DNA from: Octopus vulgaris
Taxonomy: Eukaryota
NCBI GenBank assembly: GCA_951406725.2
Contig: OX597824.1
Location: forward strand, 19,716,001-19,780,000
Reading direction: 5' to 3'
Length of the DNA stretch: 64,000 bases
Position numbers and translations under genes: made by a program. The first letter of the stretch is position 1. Each line of letters starts with the position of its first letter. This document shows, piece after piece, positions 1 through 24,670 of this stretch. A model generated the notes under the pieces. That model made no database searches and was not told the origin of the DNA. It worked only from the letters and a program-made list of their open reading frames with translations.

Positions 1-299
1 ACACCCATAAAAAAAATACACATGTCAAGCAACACCCGGTATTGAATACTACCTTTATTTAATTTTATATCTAGAATATTACAATACCATAATTATACAA
101 TGTGTTTTGCTTCTAAAACGCATGGAAACGTACTCTGACTGCTCTGATTCCGTGCGGAGCACTCAATACCTGAACGAAATGAGACTTCATCGTAATTGCT
201 GAACTTTCCACAGTAGTTACTCAACGACGGAAAGTGCAGTTCGATACGTGATTTTCAAATGAATGACTATAATAAAGCCAAGTCGGTACTCGGTTCGTA

Positions 300-11000
<10,701 letters not shown>

Positions 11001-11488
11001 ATGAACATAACTGTATGTATTTGAACCAAAGTAGGAAAAAAAAAAACCCTCAATATGACAGACGGTAAAAGAGAATATACGATGACGGTTAGTAAAAGGG
11101 ATACTTCGAAGTCACTGTCAGCCGTTTCTTTGTAAAAAATTAATAATGGTACTCAAGTGAAAAAAAAAATAATAAATAGATAAATAAATAAGTGTGTTGG
11201 GTAATTCTTCAATTTAATGTTCGACTGCTTTTATATATATAACTTTACTTTAGAAACCAACGTTGTGAGATTGACTGTGTGTGTGTGTATGCAGAGGGGG
11301 AGGGTAGGGAGAAAGTGGAGATAGATGAAAGAGTGGAGGGATTTTGAGGTGTGTGTGTGTGTGTGTGTGTGTGTTTGAGTAATCTGACAAAATGATGTAC
11401 AAGACAGAAGGAGGTAGGAGGGGTGACTGGTGGATAGAGTTGGTGTTGGAAGGGGCCAAAACAAGAAGGTATCTGTGCATTATGTGAA

Positions 11489-11530
<42 letters not shown>

Positions 11531-11744
11531 TGTGTGAGGAAATCAAGCAAGCAAGAAAGAAAGAAAGAATGAATGAATGAATGAGAGAGAGAGAGAGGGA
11601 GGGCGGGAGGGAGGGATGGAGGGAGAAGGAGGTGGTGTACAAGTATAGGGTTAGAGGTGAGAGAAAGAAAGGGTGGGGGCTAAGTGCTGGTTAGAGTTAA
11701 GTAGAGAAAGAAAGAGGGGGGAGGGGGTTAAAGTGTAGTAAGAC

Positions 11745-11779
<35 letters not shown>

Positions 11780-12281
11780 CAAAAGAGGAGAGAAAGAGAG
11801 AGATGGAGGAAAAAGACAAAGAGAAGGAGACAAATATTAAGAATTGGTGAAAGATTAAATAACAGCAAAAAATTAAAAAAAAAAAAAACAGAAATGCAAT
11901 ATATATATATATGTATATATATGCATATACATACACATATATAAAATACATATGACAACAAAAAAAAAAAACAAACAAAAAAGACATTTCAGTAACCAAG
12001 TTTAAAACAAACAAACAAATATTAAAAAAATGTGAACGAAAATTCTTCAAGACAGTGTAGGAACTGTACAGAAAGAGTGAGATGTCACTTTTGCCATTAA
12101 AATCGATTTGCTCCTCAAAAGTGGTCCTTTATAACATAGGCTGCCAAAACGCCGCCACAGAGTTGTGATAACAAGGAGGGAATATCTTGTGATTTTTCCC
12201 GAGTTTCGCCTTTCCAGTTCAGCGTTAACCGTTTAACTTTTGTTTTGCTTTTTGCTTTGTGTGGTCTTGGTGTATTTTTTC

Positions 12282-12322
<41 letters not shown>

Positions 12323-12375
12323 TTTTTTTTCTTCTCTCTCCCCGTTTTTCCCATTTTTAAAAAAATATATATATC

Positions 12376-12428
<53 letters not shown>

Positions 12429-12722
12429 GTCCAGCAGAACTTCGTTCGTTCGTTCGTACGTACGTACGTTCGTCCGGGGGTGTGTGTTGTTGTGCGTGTT
12501 TCGAAGACAGAAAAATATTATCAAAAACAGAAACAATTCACATCAACAACAACAACAACAACAGCTACTGCTACTACTACTACTACTACTACAACAACAA
12601 CAACCACAACAACTAACAACAGTAACAGCAACAACATCAAAGCGAACAAGCAAGAACATGTAATATATATATATTTATATAAATTTTTATAAACATACAT
12701 TTCTTGTCATATATATATATAC

Positions 12723-12786
<64 letters not shown>

Positions 12787-12896
12787 GTATGTATATATAT
12801 AAGCAGAAATATTTTTAAGGGATTTTACCGAAGCTAAGAAATGTAAAGTTGTGAGAAATACGGAGACACAATACTGAGCAGGAAGTAACAACGAAA

Positions 12897-12960
<64 letters not shown>

Positions 12961-13100
12961 GTGTGTGTATGTATGTATGTATGTATGTATATGCATATAT
13001 ATTGATGAGTGCTAATAAGAGAAGAGGATTGTTGCGTGTATAACAAATTTTGGTGTAAAAGGAAGAAAGGAATCAAGCAAATAAGGGATGATATAAAAGG

Positions 13101-13145
<45 letters not shown>

Positions 13146-13619
13146 AGAGAGGGAGGGATGTGGAAGAACTTCTGACAGTGGGAACTAAGGACTCCTTGAA
13201 AGAGAAAGAGAGGAATAAGGAGGAAGGAAGAAATTTTCTGTGTGTGAGGGGAACCGAAAGAGAGAATGTGATAGACGGAAAGACAGTGAGGGAGAGAGAG
13301 AGACAGAGAGAGAGAAAGAGAAAGAGAGGGAGAAAGGAAAGATGTGAAAAGTACAAAAAAATATATATATAAAAAAAAAAGAAAAGGGGAATTAAAGAAA
13401 ATAAAAAAAAAAGGGAGTAAAAATACCAAAATAGCCAGTTGAAACGCTAAAAAAGGGGACAAGAAAAGGATGTAGGAAAAAAATCCCCTCTAAAACCAGG
13501 AAGAACAATACAAATGGATCGGTAAATTCCAAAATAGAAGCGTGAAAGTAAAAAGATGATATGGAGAAAAAACATTTACACTTCCTCTTTTTCGCCGTGA
13601 AGAACAAAATCGTTTAATT

Positions 13620-13795
13620 TTTGCTAAAAACTAGCCAGAGGCGGCAACTGTACAGAAAGAAGCTTCCACCCCTCTGTCAGGAATAGACTGTACCGGGCGG
13701 GAAGGTCATTTGCCTCAACCATCAGTACGGTCCACCTCACTCCAGTTGACCGCCGCTTCTCAGGGCGTGCTGACGGCTTTTAAGCGGCCAGTTTT
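13620..13795 (+). promoter_or_regulatory. Candidate core promoter / proximal regulatory island of the BCL11-like gene
   Basis: GC/CpG-rich unique island with GGGCGGG (GC box), AGGTCA half-site and Inr-like ATCAGT. It lies at the switch from purine-rich to pyrimidine-rich + strand, ~1.7 kb upstream of the ATG. Confidence 0.4.
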
Positions 13796-14919
13796 TTTTT
13801 AATGGAAAAAACTGGATAAAGAAGAAAAAAAAGAAAGAAAAAGCAACAAAAAAAAAGCAAGAAAAGATAAGAACATATTCTATACACAATATATATATAT
13901 ATACAAATATACACACACACATATATACACACGCACACACATATATGAAACCCTACACAAAATCTACACCCATGTACCTATATTATATAGATATATAAAT
14001 ATAGATACAATATATATATATATATACATATATATATGTATATATATATATATATGTAATTACAACAAAAAAAAAAACAATAACCAAAGCACCGTATCAT
14101 CATCATCATCGACATTAGCACCAGTAACAACAAGAGATCTATGCGAGCATATCAAAGATCGATCGTTTAACAGTAGTAGTATTGGCACCAAATTCTCTTT
14201 TCTGCCAGTGACGGCTGTGGCTGTACGACCCTCACAACTTTGAACCGTACTCCTGGCTCGCTTCAACTTTTTTTTTTTTCCTTCCTTCTTCTTCTTCTTC
14301 TTCTTCTTCTCTCTCTGTGTCTGTCTGTCTGTCTCTTTATTTCTCGCCGTGGTTCGTCTTCACTCGACCCGATTTTATTCGGCGGCTGTTGTGGTTATCG
14401 TTTCCATACTTGAAGGACCCGTTCACTTTTTTTAAAGTCATTTTTTTTTTTTGTGAAAGAAAGAGAAAGAAAAAAAAAAAAACACAAAACTTGTTGTTGT
14501 TGTTGTGTTGTGCTTGTCACATGGCGATGGAAAAAGTTTACTGATATACATATATATACACAGATACGAGCACACACACACACACAAACGTATATCGATA
14601 TATATTATATGTATATATATATGTAAATATACATACTTACTGTTATATACATCCTACAAGGAGACGTCGACAACCAAGAAGGAGATATATTTACCATCAC
14701 GAAAAGGAATTAAAGGAAGAAAGAAGAAAAAAAAGGATATCTATCTACGTATATAATTGTATACACACACTCACAAATATATATACGCGCACGCAAACAC
14801 ACACGCATATATACATATATATTTATGTACTGTCCATTGTGAAGAATAATAAGGGGGGGAAATCGGGGTGTGTGGCGTGTGTGTCTATACATTCTTCTCT
14901 CTCTCCCTCTCTCTCTCTG

Positions 14920-14967
<48 letters not shown>

Positions 14968-15166
14968 TTATACACATGTTGGTGTGTGTGTGTGAGTGCG
15001 TGCGTGTGTATATATGCATATGAAGGAGGGGGCACTGCTGCCTGGGCCCCATCAAACTTCCATTCCTATCCTTGCTGACCTGGGGGGGAAAAATAACGAG
15101 AGAAATCTCTCTCTCTTTCTCTTTCTCTCTTCCCTTATTTTTTCTTCTCTCTCCCTCTGTCTCTCC

Positions 15167-15197
<31 letters not shown>

Positions 15198-15199
15198 TC

Positions 15200-15417
15200 G
15201 TCAAGAGGTAGAGTGAGTGACCTTCGGTGAACCGTAGTGGCCAGACAGTTCGTGACCTGGGACTAGAGAGAAGAAAGGAGTGCGAGCCGCACAGCAGGTG
15301 CTCGGGGGGAAAAGTTTCCCATGATTCAGCAGACACCGCGGCCATCTTACTTGTTATTCTTTGTCCAGATGTAAAGCCGTCGTCCGGATCGAGATATTTT
15401 AGAAGCTGTCTGGCAAC
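15200..15417 (+). promoter_or_regulatory. GC-rich 5' leader region with YY1-type motif, TGACCT half-sites and a candidate splice acceptor
   Basis: GCGGCCATCTT (reverse AAGATGGCCGC) at ~15338-15348; TGACCT at ~15228 and ~15253; pyrimidine tract plus CAG ending at 15368. Confidence 0.45.
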
Positions 15418-15469
15418 ATGTCTCGGAGGAAACAGGGCAAACCACAGCAAAGGAAAACCATTGACTCAT
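15418..15469 (+). CDS. BCL11: First coding exon of a BCL11-like (CTIP/Chronophage) C2H2 zinc-finger repressor; encodes the N-terminal NuRD-binding motif MSRRKQGKPQQRKTIDS
   Basis: ATG in GGCAACATG context; in-frame TAG at 15400-15402 upstream; 17 codons + 1 nt followed by GTAAGT (15470-15475). The first 10 aa are identical to BCL11A MSRRKQGKPQ (SALL has A and FOG has S at position 7). A short phase-1 first exon matches vertebrate BCL11 structure. A spalt/SALL or FOG identity cannot be fully excluded from 17 aa. Confidence 0.8.
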
Positions 15470-17137
15470 GTAAGTACCTGTTGTCGCTAGTACTATTATA
15501 TTCTTGGGCACTGTCTTGTCCGAATATTCTTACATCTCTCTCTGTTTCTCTCCTTTTTTTCTTTTTTCTATCTTTCCATCTCTCTCTCTATCCCTGCCTT
15601 TTTTTCCTTTTTAATGTACATAAATGTGTTTTCCCAATATTGTTATTCAATGTCGATGCTACATCACCCTCCTGTATTATTGTACATTACATATTAGTCG
15701 ACACTTTCGCGTCGTTCCTTCTGATCCTACATAGATCTCCACTTGCGTGTGTGTGACCGCCACCTCCCTCTGGTCAGAGAAGGGTGGACGGCAACTATGG
15801 CCACACTATGTTAGCTTCACAACTGCAACTGTTACAGCATACGAAGCACATGCATGCACACACACACATACACAATCTTTATTTCTCTCTCTCTCCTTTT
15901 CGTTTATATACACACATCTTTCTTAATTTCTTTCTCTCTCTCACCCCCATTCACATATTACTCTATCTAATTCCTTTCCCACCCTCATTCACATATATAC
16001 ATATATACACTTACAAATTACTCGTTCACACACATCGAGTTTTATTTCTCTCTCATTCATACACACACACACACACTTACACACGTATATATATACATTT
16101 ATAATTCTTGTTCTCTTTTACTCTTTCCATCACATAATCACCACACATCGGTCTTACTCTATCACTCTTTCCATACATACACTTGTCTTTTTTTTTCCTC
16201 TTTTCTTCACATAAACATATATTTCTGCTTCATTACTCTTCCCTCGCATTTACAAATATATTTACACATATATTTACATATATATTTCTCTGTGAATTTT
16301 GTCTCTCGTTCTCTGTTTCACTCTATCTTCCACTTTATATATACACGCACACGCATCTATTTTGGTATATATATATATTTTCTGCTTCTCTCTCATTCAT
16401 TAAACACACGCTTGTACATTAATGAAATACTATTTACGATCGTTAATGAGAGAAAAAAACAACACTACACACATAATATATATGTATGTTTTACATGAAT
16501 TCATGTACTTAAAACTGTATAAACAAATGTTATTAGATGGTGAAGTGTATATTGTTTGTAAGACACAGAACCATGTGAGATATATAACCCAATAGTGCTG
16601 TCTTTCTACACACTCCTCTATTTCTGCTTTGTTACTTAAAATAGAAGGGTAAATATATTACTACTACTAATACTTCTGATCGTCATGTTAGGGGGGAAAC
16701 CATGCTGTACTCCCCCCGATGTACATAAATGAAAAGTCCAATCTCTATAACATTACGTGTTTTGTTGTTATACACACACAATGTATATTATATGAGCAAT
16801 GTGCGTGTGTGTGTGTGTGTACTGTCGTAACATAGCATTTTTCCTGACTCCCTAATATAACATTTTTCAAAATATATTTCTCATCTACTCAGGCCTAACC
16901 CTTATCCCTCTGTGTTACCATTATTTATATTCCGATCCCTCTTCATATTGCCTATGTGAGTGTATATACATATATATATAACATATAAATTATTTACATA
17001 GTTATATGTAAATTATGTTTTGTGTATATTTTCTGTGGTTAAGTCTCGTGTGTTGTTGGTTCGTCTCTGCTTTTTTATTACACTCCAACCTCAACTTCAC
17101 AAATTTTTTAAATCTATTATTCAACTATTCTTCTAGT

Positions 17138-17178
<41 letters not shown>

Positions 17179-20100
17179 ATGTCCTAGTTTAGCCCCTCCC
17201 CCGCATGCTGTATAATTCTTTATTCACTGGTCCTGCACTGTATATATATATATTATACATACATACACACACACACACACACAACACATACATATACATG
17301 CGTTACTGTCAAGTGTGTGAAACATTCGACATGGACTAAATTGTATTTCAACCAAACTGGATCATGTTTTAATGGTCTTTTGTAATCGTTTGGTCACTTA
17401 ATTCACACACACACATCATTTATATATTCTCTCACACCCTCGTTGTAATGTCTACTCTCTTCTCTGACAAATATATATATATATATATATAATATGGTTT
17501 TGTTAAAACACCACCTTTCTCTTTTTTCCCTCCTCTATACTTCTCTGTCTCTCTCCTTTTCTGACACACACTCACATAACCATCAGAGATCCACACACAT
17601 ACACACAAACACAACCCTACAACTAAATCCACACACTCTCTGTCTGGCGCTGCTAGGCATCGCACGTGGTCTTTAAGTATTTCTAGTAACGAGGTTAAAA
17701 TTTAATATTATCCCTCAACTACCGTTTTCCATTTATAGACATTAGGTGCCTTGGAAATACCCTCTGTATTTTTTTTTACAAGCTTTTTTTTTTTAAATAA
17801 TATTTCTTTTCTTTCTTTCCCATTTTCTGTTACCGAAATTGTTACTTTTTATTTTCACACACACACACTCTCTCTCTCTCTCTCTCTATCTTTACAATAA
17901 TATCGGAGCAAATTCATGTTTTTGTAGGCCTCATTTTTTTATCATTTTCCCCTGTTATTCAATATAGTTCTCCTTTTGTTGGGTGGAACTCACATATATA
18001 CAGAAAGGAAAGCATCATCGCCCCCCACGAAAAGAGAAAAAAAAAAGATCATCTCTTTTACTCTTATTCCATACACGTTTGTGAAGACTAATTTTTTCTT
18101 TAAAAAAAAAAAGACAAAAAAATGTATTCAAAACTTGGTGCTTTTTCTGGCATCGAGGTGGACTCCAATGTATCTTCTTCTACTTATTCTTGATAATGAT
18201 GCTGTTGTGTGTGTTTTACGGTTGTAAATTCCATTCTAACGCTCTAAAAAAAAATGGTCTCATTAAAAAACTAACAATCAAAAAAAAAAAAATGCTAAAA
18301 CAGACCACATTGCAGGTTTGTCTTCTGTATACTCCGAGTAACTGTGATTCTAAATGTCTCTTTATTATGGAACCAAATTGAAAAAAAGAAAATTACTAAA
18401 GCTGTTGTTATTATTATTTATTCTGCTTATTTCATTTCATTTCATCTCTCTCTTCATTGTTCATGTTTTTTTGCGTAAATGCTAACCAAAAAAATAATAA
18501 TAATAATAAAGACCCAAAGAATCGTCTTTTTTTTCGTAAGCGCTGGTATTTCTAACTATGTAAATAGTAGTCTTAATAATTACAGAATAATTTTTGCCAT
18601 CTGTAAATGTTTTAAGAGAGAAAAGAGAAAGAGATTTCTCTTGGAGAGGAAGTCAGGGTTTTTTTTCTTTTTTGGTGTCTCGCTTCTCGTTTTTTAGTTC
18701 TTCGAATCGCTGATGTTGGCAGCTCTTTCTCTCACAAGCACAGAATACATTTTTTATTTATTTATTTGCCGATTCTACTAAAAAAATACATGAATGCAGC
18801 GAATTTCATTGTTCTGTAATTGTGATATCCTTTATAAACATCAGCTTTTTTTCTCTCTTTATTTATAAATATACTCTCACACGTGGGTGGGTGTATATAC
18901 ACGTTTTTAGTTTTTGAAATGGAATTCTTTACAAGGGGTTAGTTAGAACATTACTGTGTCTAAAGCATATTTTTTGCGTGTTTGTCTGTCTGTTTTGGTC
19001 TAGCAGTTCTTGAGAATTCTAATATAATGGTATAATATACCGTTTGTCTTGCTTCCTTCTGAATAGTTACCGTTTTATTTTCGGGGTCTAGCAGTTGGAA
19101 AATAAGATATTTTTAACGTTTATTCCCTTGGTCTTTGCAAACGGTAAATAAAAGTAAAGATTGGACTATAATTCCTCGCTTCGCATTAAACAAAAAAATC
19201 TATAACCCCTCATAACACGATTAACACATGCATTCGGCTTCATAGTTTTATTGTGTCGCAAATATTTGGTACCAGAACCTCCACGGAATCATCAGCTATT
19301 TTTTGTTTATTTTTGTAACTCCAAGAGAAAACATATTCAGCACTTCATACATCCTCTATGTGTGTGTGTGTAAAATACACATTTCTTAACTAACTGGACC
19401 CAAACTATTAGCCTTCTATTTATCTGAACATTTCGTGTCGATATAGTCTTGCGCTGTGTGAATGTATGTATAATAAATAAACACACGCACACTTTCACTC
19501 TGTGTGTGTGTAGTATATATATATATATATACCAATTAAGGACTGAACACGAAAAGTGGACAGTCAACATGCTAGATATAGACGTCAAATCGCCATTCTC
19601 CACAAAAGATTATGTTCTCAGATCTTATATATATAATCTATATATACACGCGCGCACCACATTGGAATATATATATATATTGAAAGCTATTAATCTCGAA
19701 TTCTTCAGTATTTTGGGGGTAGTTTTTCCTTTTAATTCTCTTCCTTGTCGCCTCTCTATCTCTCTCTCTTATATACACACATAAAGGCTCCTTCTTTGTA
19801 ACATTTCACAAGATAGAAGCGACGACGTATAACCCCTTTCTTTTCACATCAGGTATTTTTTTCGAGGGGGGAGGGTGTTGTTGCTGCTGTTGTTTTTGTT
19901 GTTGTTGTATGTCGTCACACCCTGCCCCCCATCGCCACCTTACTCCCACTTCGCCCCCCCGTGCGAAAAAAACCCCAAACCCTCCCTCCATCCCACTTTC
20001 TCTCTATCTATCTATCTATCTATCTCTCTCTCGCTCGCTCTCTACGTAATGTCTGTGTGTCTGCTGGCCTCCCCCCTTCTCGCTCTCTGATTATGTGTGT

Positions 20101-21529
20101 GTGTGTGTGGGGCAATGAGCTCATTTGTACAAGCTGGCTTTTACAGACACACATGCGTGTTGTATCATTTGTACGTACGACAAGGCTCAGAGACGATTTC
20201 ATTTCCATCTCTTGTCATACCTTCCACCAAAAAATTTACTTACACTTGTCTGTCCTAAACACACACACACACACATTCACACCCGCTCACACACTCCACA
20301 CATACATTTCTATTAAGATTAGAGGAGGGTGCGGGGACACGATCGCATGTTATCAATGCTTACGGCTAATCCTATTTGACCCAAAGTTCCCACACAAATT
20401 ATTTGTTATATATGCGTGTGTGTTAAGGGAATAGCCAAATATTTCTCCAAACTTTCTCCCCCTACCGTAATAGTTAACTTGTAACTTATTTTATGGACGT
20501 CAGAAAGATAAAAAAAAAACAAAACAAAACAAAGTTGACTGCGGTAGGATTCGAACTCTGAACGTAAAGAGCCCGAACCAAATACCGTACCACAAGGCCG
20601 TATAATAAAACTATACACTATCTGACATGCGATAGTCTCCGGCACCTTGCTAACGTGTGCGTGTGTGTTTATATATAAACCAGGGATGTGTATTTTATCA
20701 GAATTTACTTCTTGATGGTGAATTCTTGAAGTATTTTCTTTTATATTGAAAAGAGGGAGAAAACAATCGAAAGGAAATCGACCCCGCCTGTGGTTCGATC
20801 CTTCCGTTGGAAATCTTCAATGGTTAGTTATAAGCCCCCAGATAACTAATATTGGACACTACGGACATATAGATATATATATAACTAATAAAATTGGTTA
20901 GAATTTACTCTGCTCGTAGCATGTGTGTATAGGAAAATGTGTTCGTGGAATGAATAATTGCCGGTGACATGTGCGTGTGTGTGTGTGTGTGCTACTAATT
21001 CTTTCAAAAATATTTTAATCTCTTCATTCTGGCCTGGTTTGTTACTTATGAAGTGTGTGTGTGTGTTAAGATATTACTTCAGATGCGTGTGGATTTACTG
21101 TGAGGCGATGAGGAGGGCCCCTTGTGTGACACACACACACACACACACGTACATATATTTCACACAAGACCCCAACCAACTCACAGTAAAAATCTTACAC
21201 TAGTTTGTATGCATGAAATATGAAAGAAATCTTTGTATGTATGTGTGTATGGATGTATGTAAGTATGTGTATAATAATTGTGTCAATGTTTATGTGCGTG
21301 TGTGTGTGTGTGTATATTTATGTTGGGAAATATTTGCTTTTGTCTGTGGTCAATGTGTATGTTGAAAAGTGGGGGGGGGAAGGAGGTTGCTTTTTCTTTT
21401 TTCTTTCTTTCTTTATTGTTTCTCCCTACTTTGATATGATCTCTTTCACGTGGAGTCTCAACGTCGTGGCAGTAATAGTAGTATAGCCGCGATAATTGTG
21501 TGGTGGTGGTGGTGGTTGTCTTTCAAGTC

Positions 21530-21574
<45 letters not shown>

Positions 21575-21801
21575 AGATAGATATAGTTTTTCGCTGTTTG
21601 CCTACTGCTTGTTCGGTCGTTCGTTCCATTTACCTACTGTCCGTGAGATTCTCTCTCTCACTCTCACACACACACACAATTACATACATACATAGAGGCT
21701 TGCTTACATAGGCGAACGAACGGCCAGTACACACACACACACACATACACACCCACATAAAGACCCTCCCCTCTTTCCTTCGTCAATGCTTTGGTTCACC
21801 T

Positions 21802-21852
<51 letters not shown>

Positions 21853-22247
21853 GTGTGTTCTCTGTCACTCATATATCTGTGTGCGTGTGTCAGGCTTGCC
21901 TATCTCTCTCTCTCTCTCCCTCTATCTCTCTCTTCCTCCCTCTCTCCCGCGTTATTTTATACACTCTTGCCACCACCCCTCTTTCCTCCTTTCTTCTCGT
22001 GTCACACAACTGTGTTCGTGTGTTCGCGCCCGTATCGCGATCTCGGTAATGTCACTCCCCCTTTCTGTTGTTCCTTGTGTGTGTGCGCGCATATTTTTTT
22101 TTTTCCCGCGCGCATGTAAAATTTCATCAACTTCATGTGTTCAACACACACACACACACTGTATGTTGTTTCGTTGTTAGCAACTGCTAGTATACCATGA
22201 AAGGGGAGTTCGTTGTAAGACCTGAGCCCCTGTTGCTATAAGGTTCA

Positions 22248-22278
<31 letters not shown>

Positions 22279-22484
22279 TTGAGAGATATGTGTGTGATAC
22301 AGCTAAAACATATTAAGGGGATTCTTACAAAGATCACACACACACACACACACCCACACACATATATATATATATAACTGATATTTCTCAACGTTGGATA
22401 AAGAGATATGCTTGATTCTGGCGATATTTCAAATGCTCTGGGCATTTTCCTCTCCTGAAAATGCAATATATATATATATATATA

Positions 22485-22517
<33 letters not shown>

Positions 22518-24262
22518 CATTTATATATGTATATATATTATGATGCTGCTAACTACCATCAAGTGAGGCTGCCCATTTCAAAAAGTGGTCATTGCTTTAC
22601 GTACAGGCATCTATGTATGTGTATATATATGTGTGTGTGTGTCTATCTGAATTATATACGCACACCCACTCTCTCCTATGGAAGTATGCCATATCTGCTG
22701 AAAGCACCGTCCTTTCGCCATACTCCTCTCATGGAATTCTGCCATATTTCCGCCTCTAACACGAATCTCTGCTCTTTTTTTTTCTCTTTGTAGCACCGCC
22801 CTTATTCCTCCCCCCACCCACCATACTGCTCTCTCTCTCTCTCTCCCTCCCTCCTTCTCTCTCTCTCTCTCTCTCGAATGTGATCTAATGATCTTGGCAT
22901 GAATGACACACAATCTCATCCGTCCTTAGTCTTTTGTCTTTTTTACCCACTTTGAAATATTTTTCTCTTGAGCTTATTTTATATATATTTCTCGTAAAAA
23001 TACTAATATAAGACTGTATTCAGAAAAGAATAAGCTTATCCGTTTCTCCAGCTCTCATTCTCTCTTATTTGGTCAATTCCCCCCACCACCCCCCAAAAAA
23101 TTTTCGAACTCACATCTAAAAATTTAAGGTACGTCACACATGAAGGTCTACCCGAGTTCTCCTTTCGCCCTTATTCATTCATTCCAGAGTAAAGATTAAA
23201 TCACAACCTACCCTAGGTCCAAGATCCAATTTCTATTTTCTTCTGGAGAAGTTTTAACTGTACATGCTCTGTTTTTCTTTGGAAAAGAAGAAAAACGCAG
23301 AAGAAAAAACGCATCTTACACAGACCTTTAATAAAGTATAAACTGTCTCCTTGGTAGGGGCCCCCACAACGATGTTTTTGTATGATTTTGGTTGTTAACC
23401 CCGGATTAGCTTTGATCGAGAGGGCCCTTATGTCGATCGTGTGATCGATTGACCCACTGTATCTTCTTCTGCTTTTGAAACGTTAGTGTTTTTTTCATTG
23501 CGAGAAACTTAGCTGCTATTTTCAGCAAAATGTGGGACCGCTTAGAGCTTGCGATAAAAAGGAAATGTGAAATGAGGGCTCTTCCATGTGTGTGTGTGCG
23601 TGTGATAGCTGTTAATATCGATATTGACATAGGCGTATTTCAAAACATTATGTGAATACAACATGCTTATGGATCTCCATCGCTTTCGACGATCAGTTTT
23701 CCAGCTGATCGATCGACAGAACTACCTACGGTGCGTGGACATATGTATGTATGTATGTATGTATGTATGTGTGTGTGTTTAAGTAATTCAATATTTCACA
23801 CATGCACCCTTAATTTACTGGACAAAATCAGCAACAACACAATGTGGCTGGCTAGGTTGGTCCCTGTAAAATAAAAGAGACAAGTCTATCCGAATTGCAT
23901 AGGGCTTCCATACAGTTTCTATCTGCCCCCTACACAAAAAGTAATGGTAAATAAGTCACTTGACCAAAGATGTCACCTGATTGATGATACCTCAAGATTG
24001 TGAAGCCAGCCTCTTCACTAACCCACACCTGCATCCACGTTTTCACAGGTATGCACACACACATGCGTGCACATACATGTACACGCATGGCAAAAGTAAA
24101 TAGATTCCAGCCCCCTTTTTTTCGAAAGGTTAATTTCTAGAAACAAAATGTCGTGTGATACATCTAAACCCTTAAGTATTTAATAGACCTGCTTTGTGCA
24201 ATTTCCAATGATTTAACCCCTTTTTAGGACATTGTAATGATGGGCAGTGTCCGTGCAAATAA

Positions 24263-24670
24263 AAAAGCCATAATTAGGGGTGTCTTAATCCTTAAATCCT
24301 TAAAAATGTTTTAGCCCAAAGGCCGCAGCCATGCTGGGGCACCACCGCTGAAATTTACTATTTCTATTTACTTTCGATACACACTGTAAAGTGGTTGGCG
24401 TCAGGAAGGGCATCCAGTTGTAGAAACCAAAAGCCATAATTAGAGGTGTCTTAATCCTTTAAAATGTTTTAGCCCAAAGGCCGCGGCCATACTGGGGCAC
24501 CACCGCTGAAATTTACTATTTACTTCTATTTACTTTCGATACATACTGTAAAGTGGTTGGCGTCAGGAAGGGCATCCAGTTGTAGAAACCAAATCAAAAC
24601 AGACTGAAACCTGGTGCAGCACCTGTCAAACCGTCCAACCCATGCCAGCATGGAGAACTGACGTAGAAGG
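24263..24670 (+). repeat. ~165-bp tandem duplication running into a family C SINE (GTGGTTGGCGTCAGGAAGGGCATCCAG...CCCATGCCAGCATGG)
   Basis: AAAAGCCATAATTAG...TAGAAACCAA is present twice (~24263-24430 and ~24429-24593). Confidence 0.85.

Noticed and set aside
15052-15450. Antisense 132-aa ORF containing MAAVSAE
   Set aside because: The KMAA stretch is the YY1-type motif read in reverse, and the ORF runs into a (GA)n tract.
15470-15756. C-terminal part of the 112-aa ORF 15418..15756
   Set aside because: Read-through into low-complexity intron beyond a perfect GTAAGT donor.
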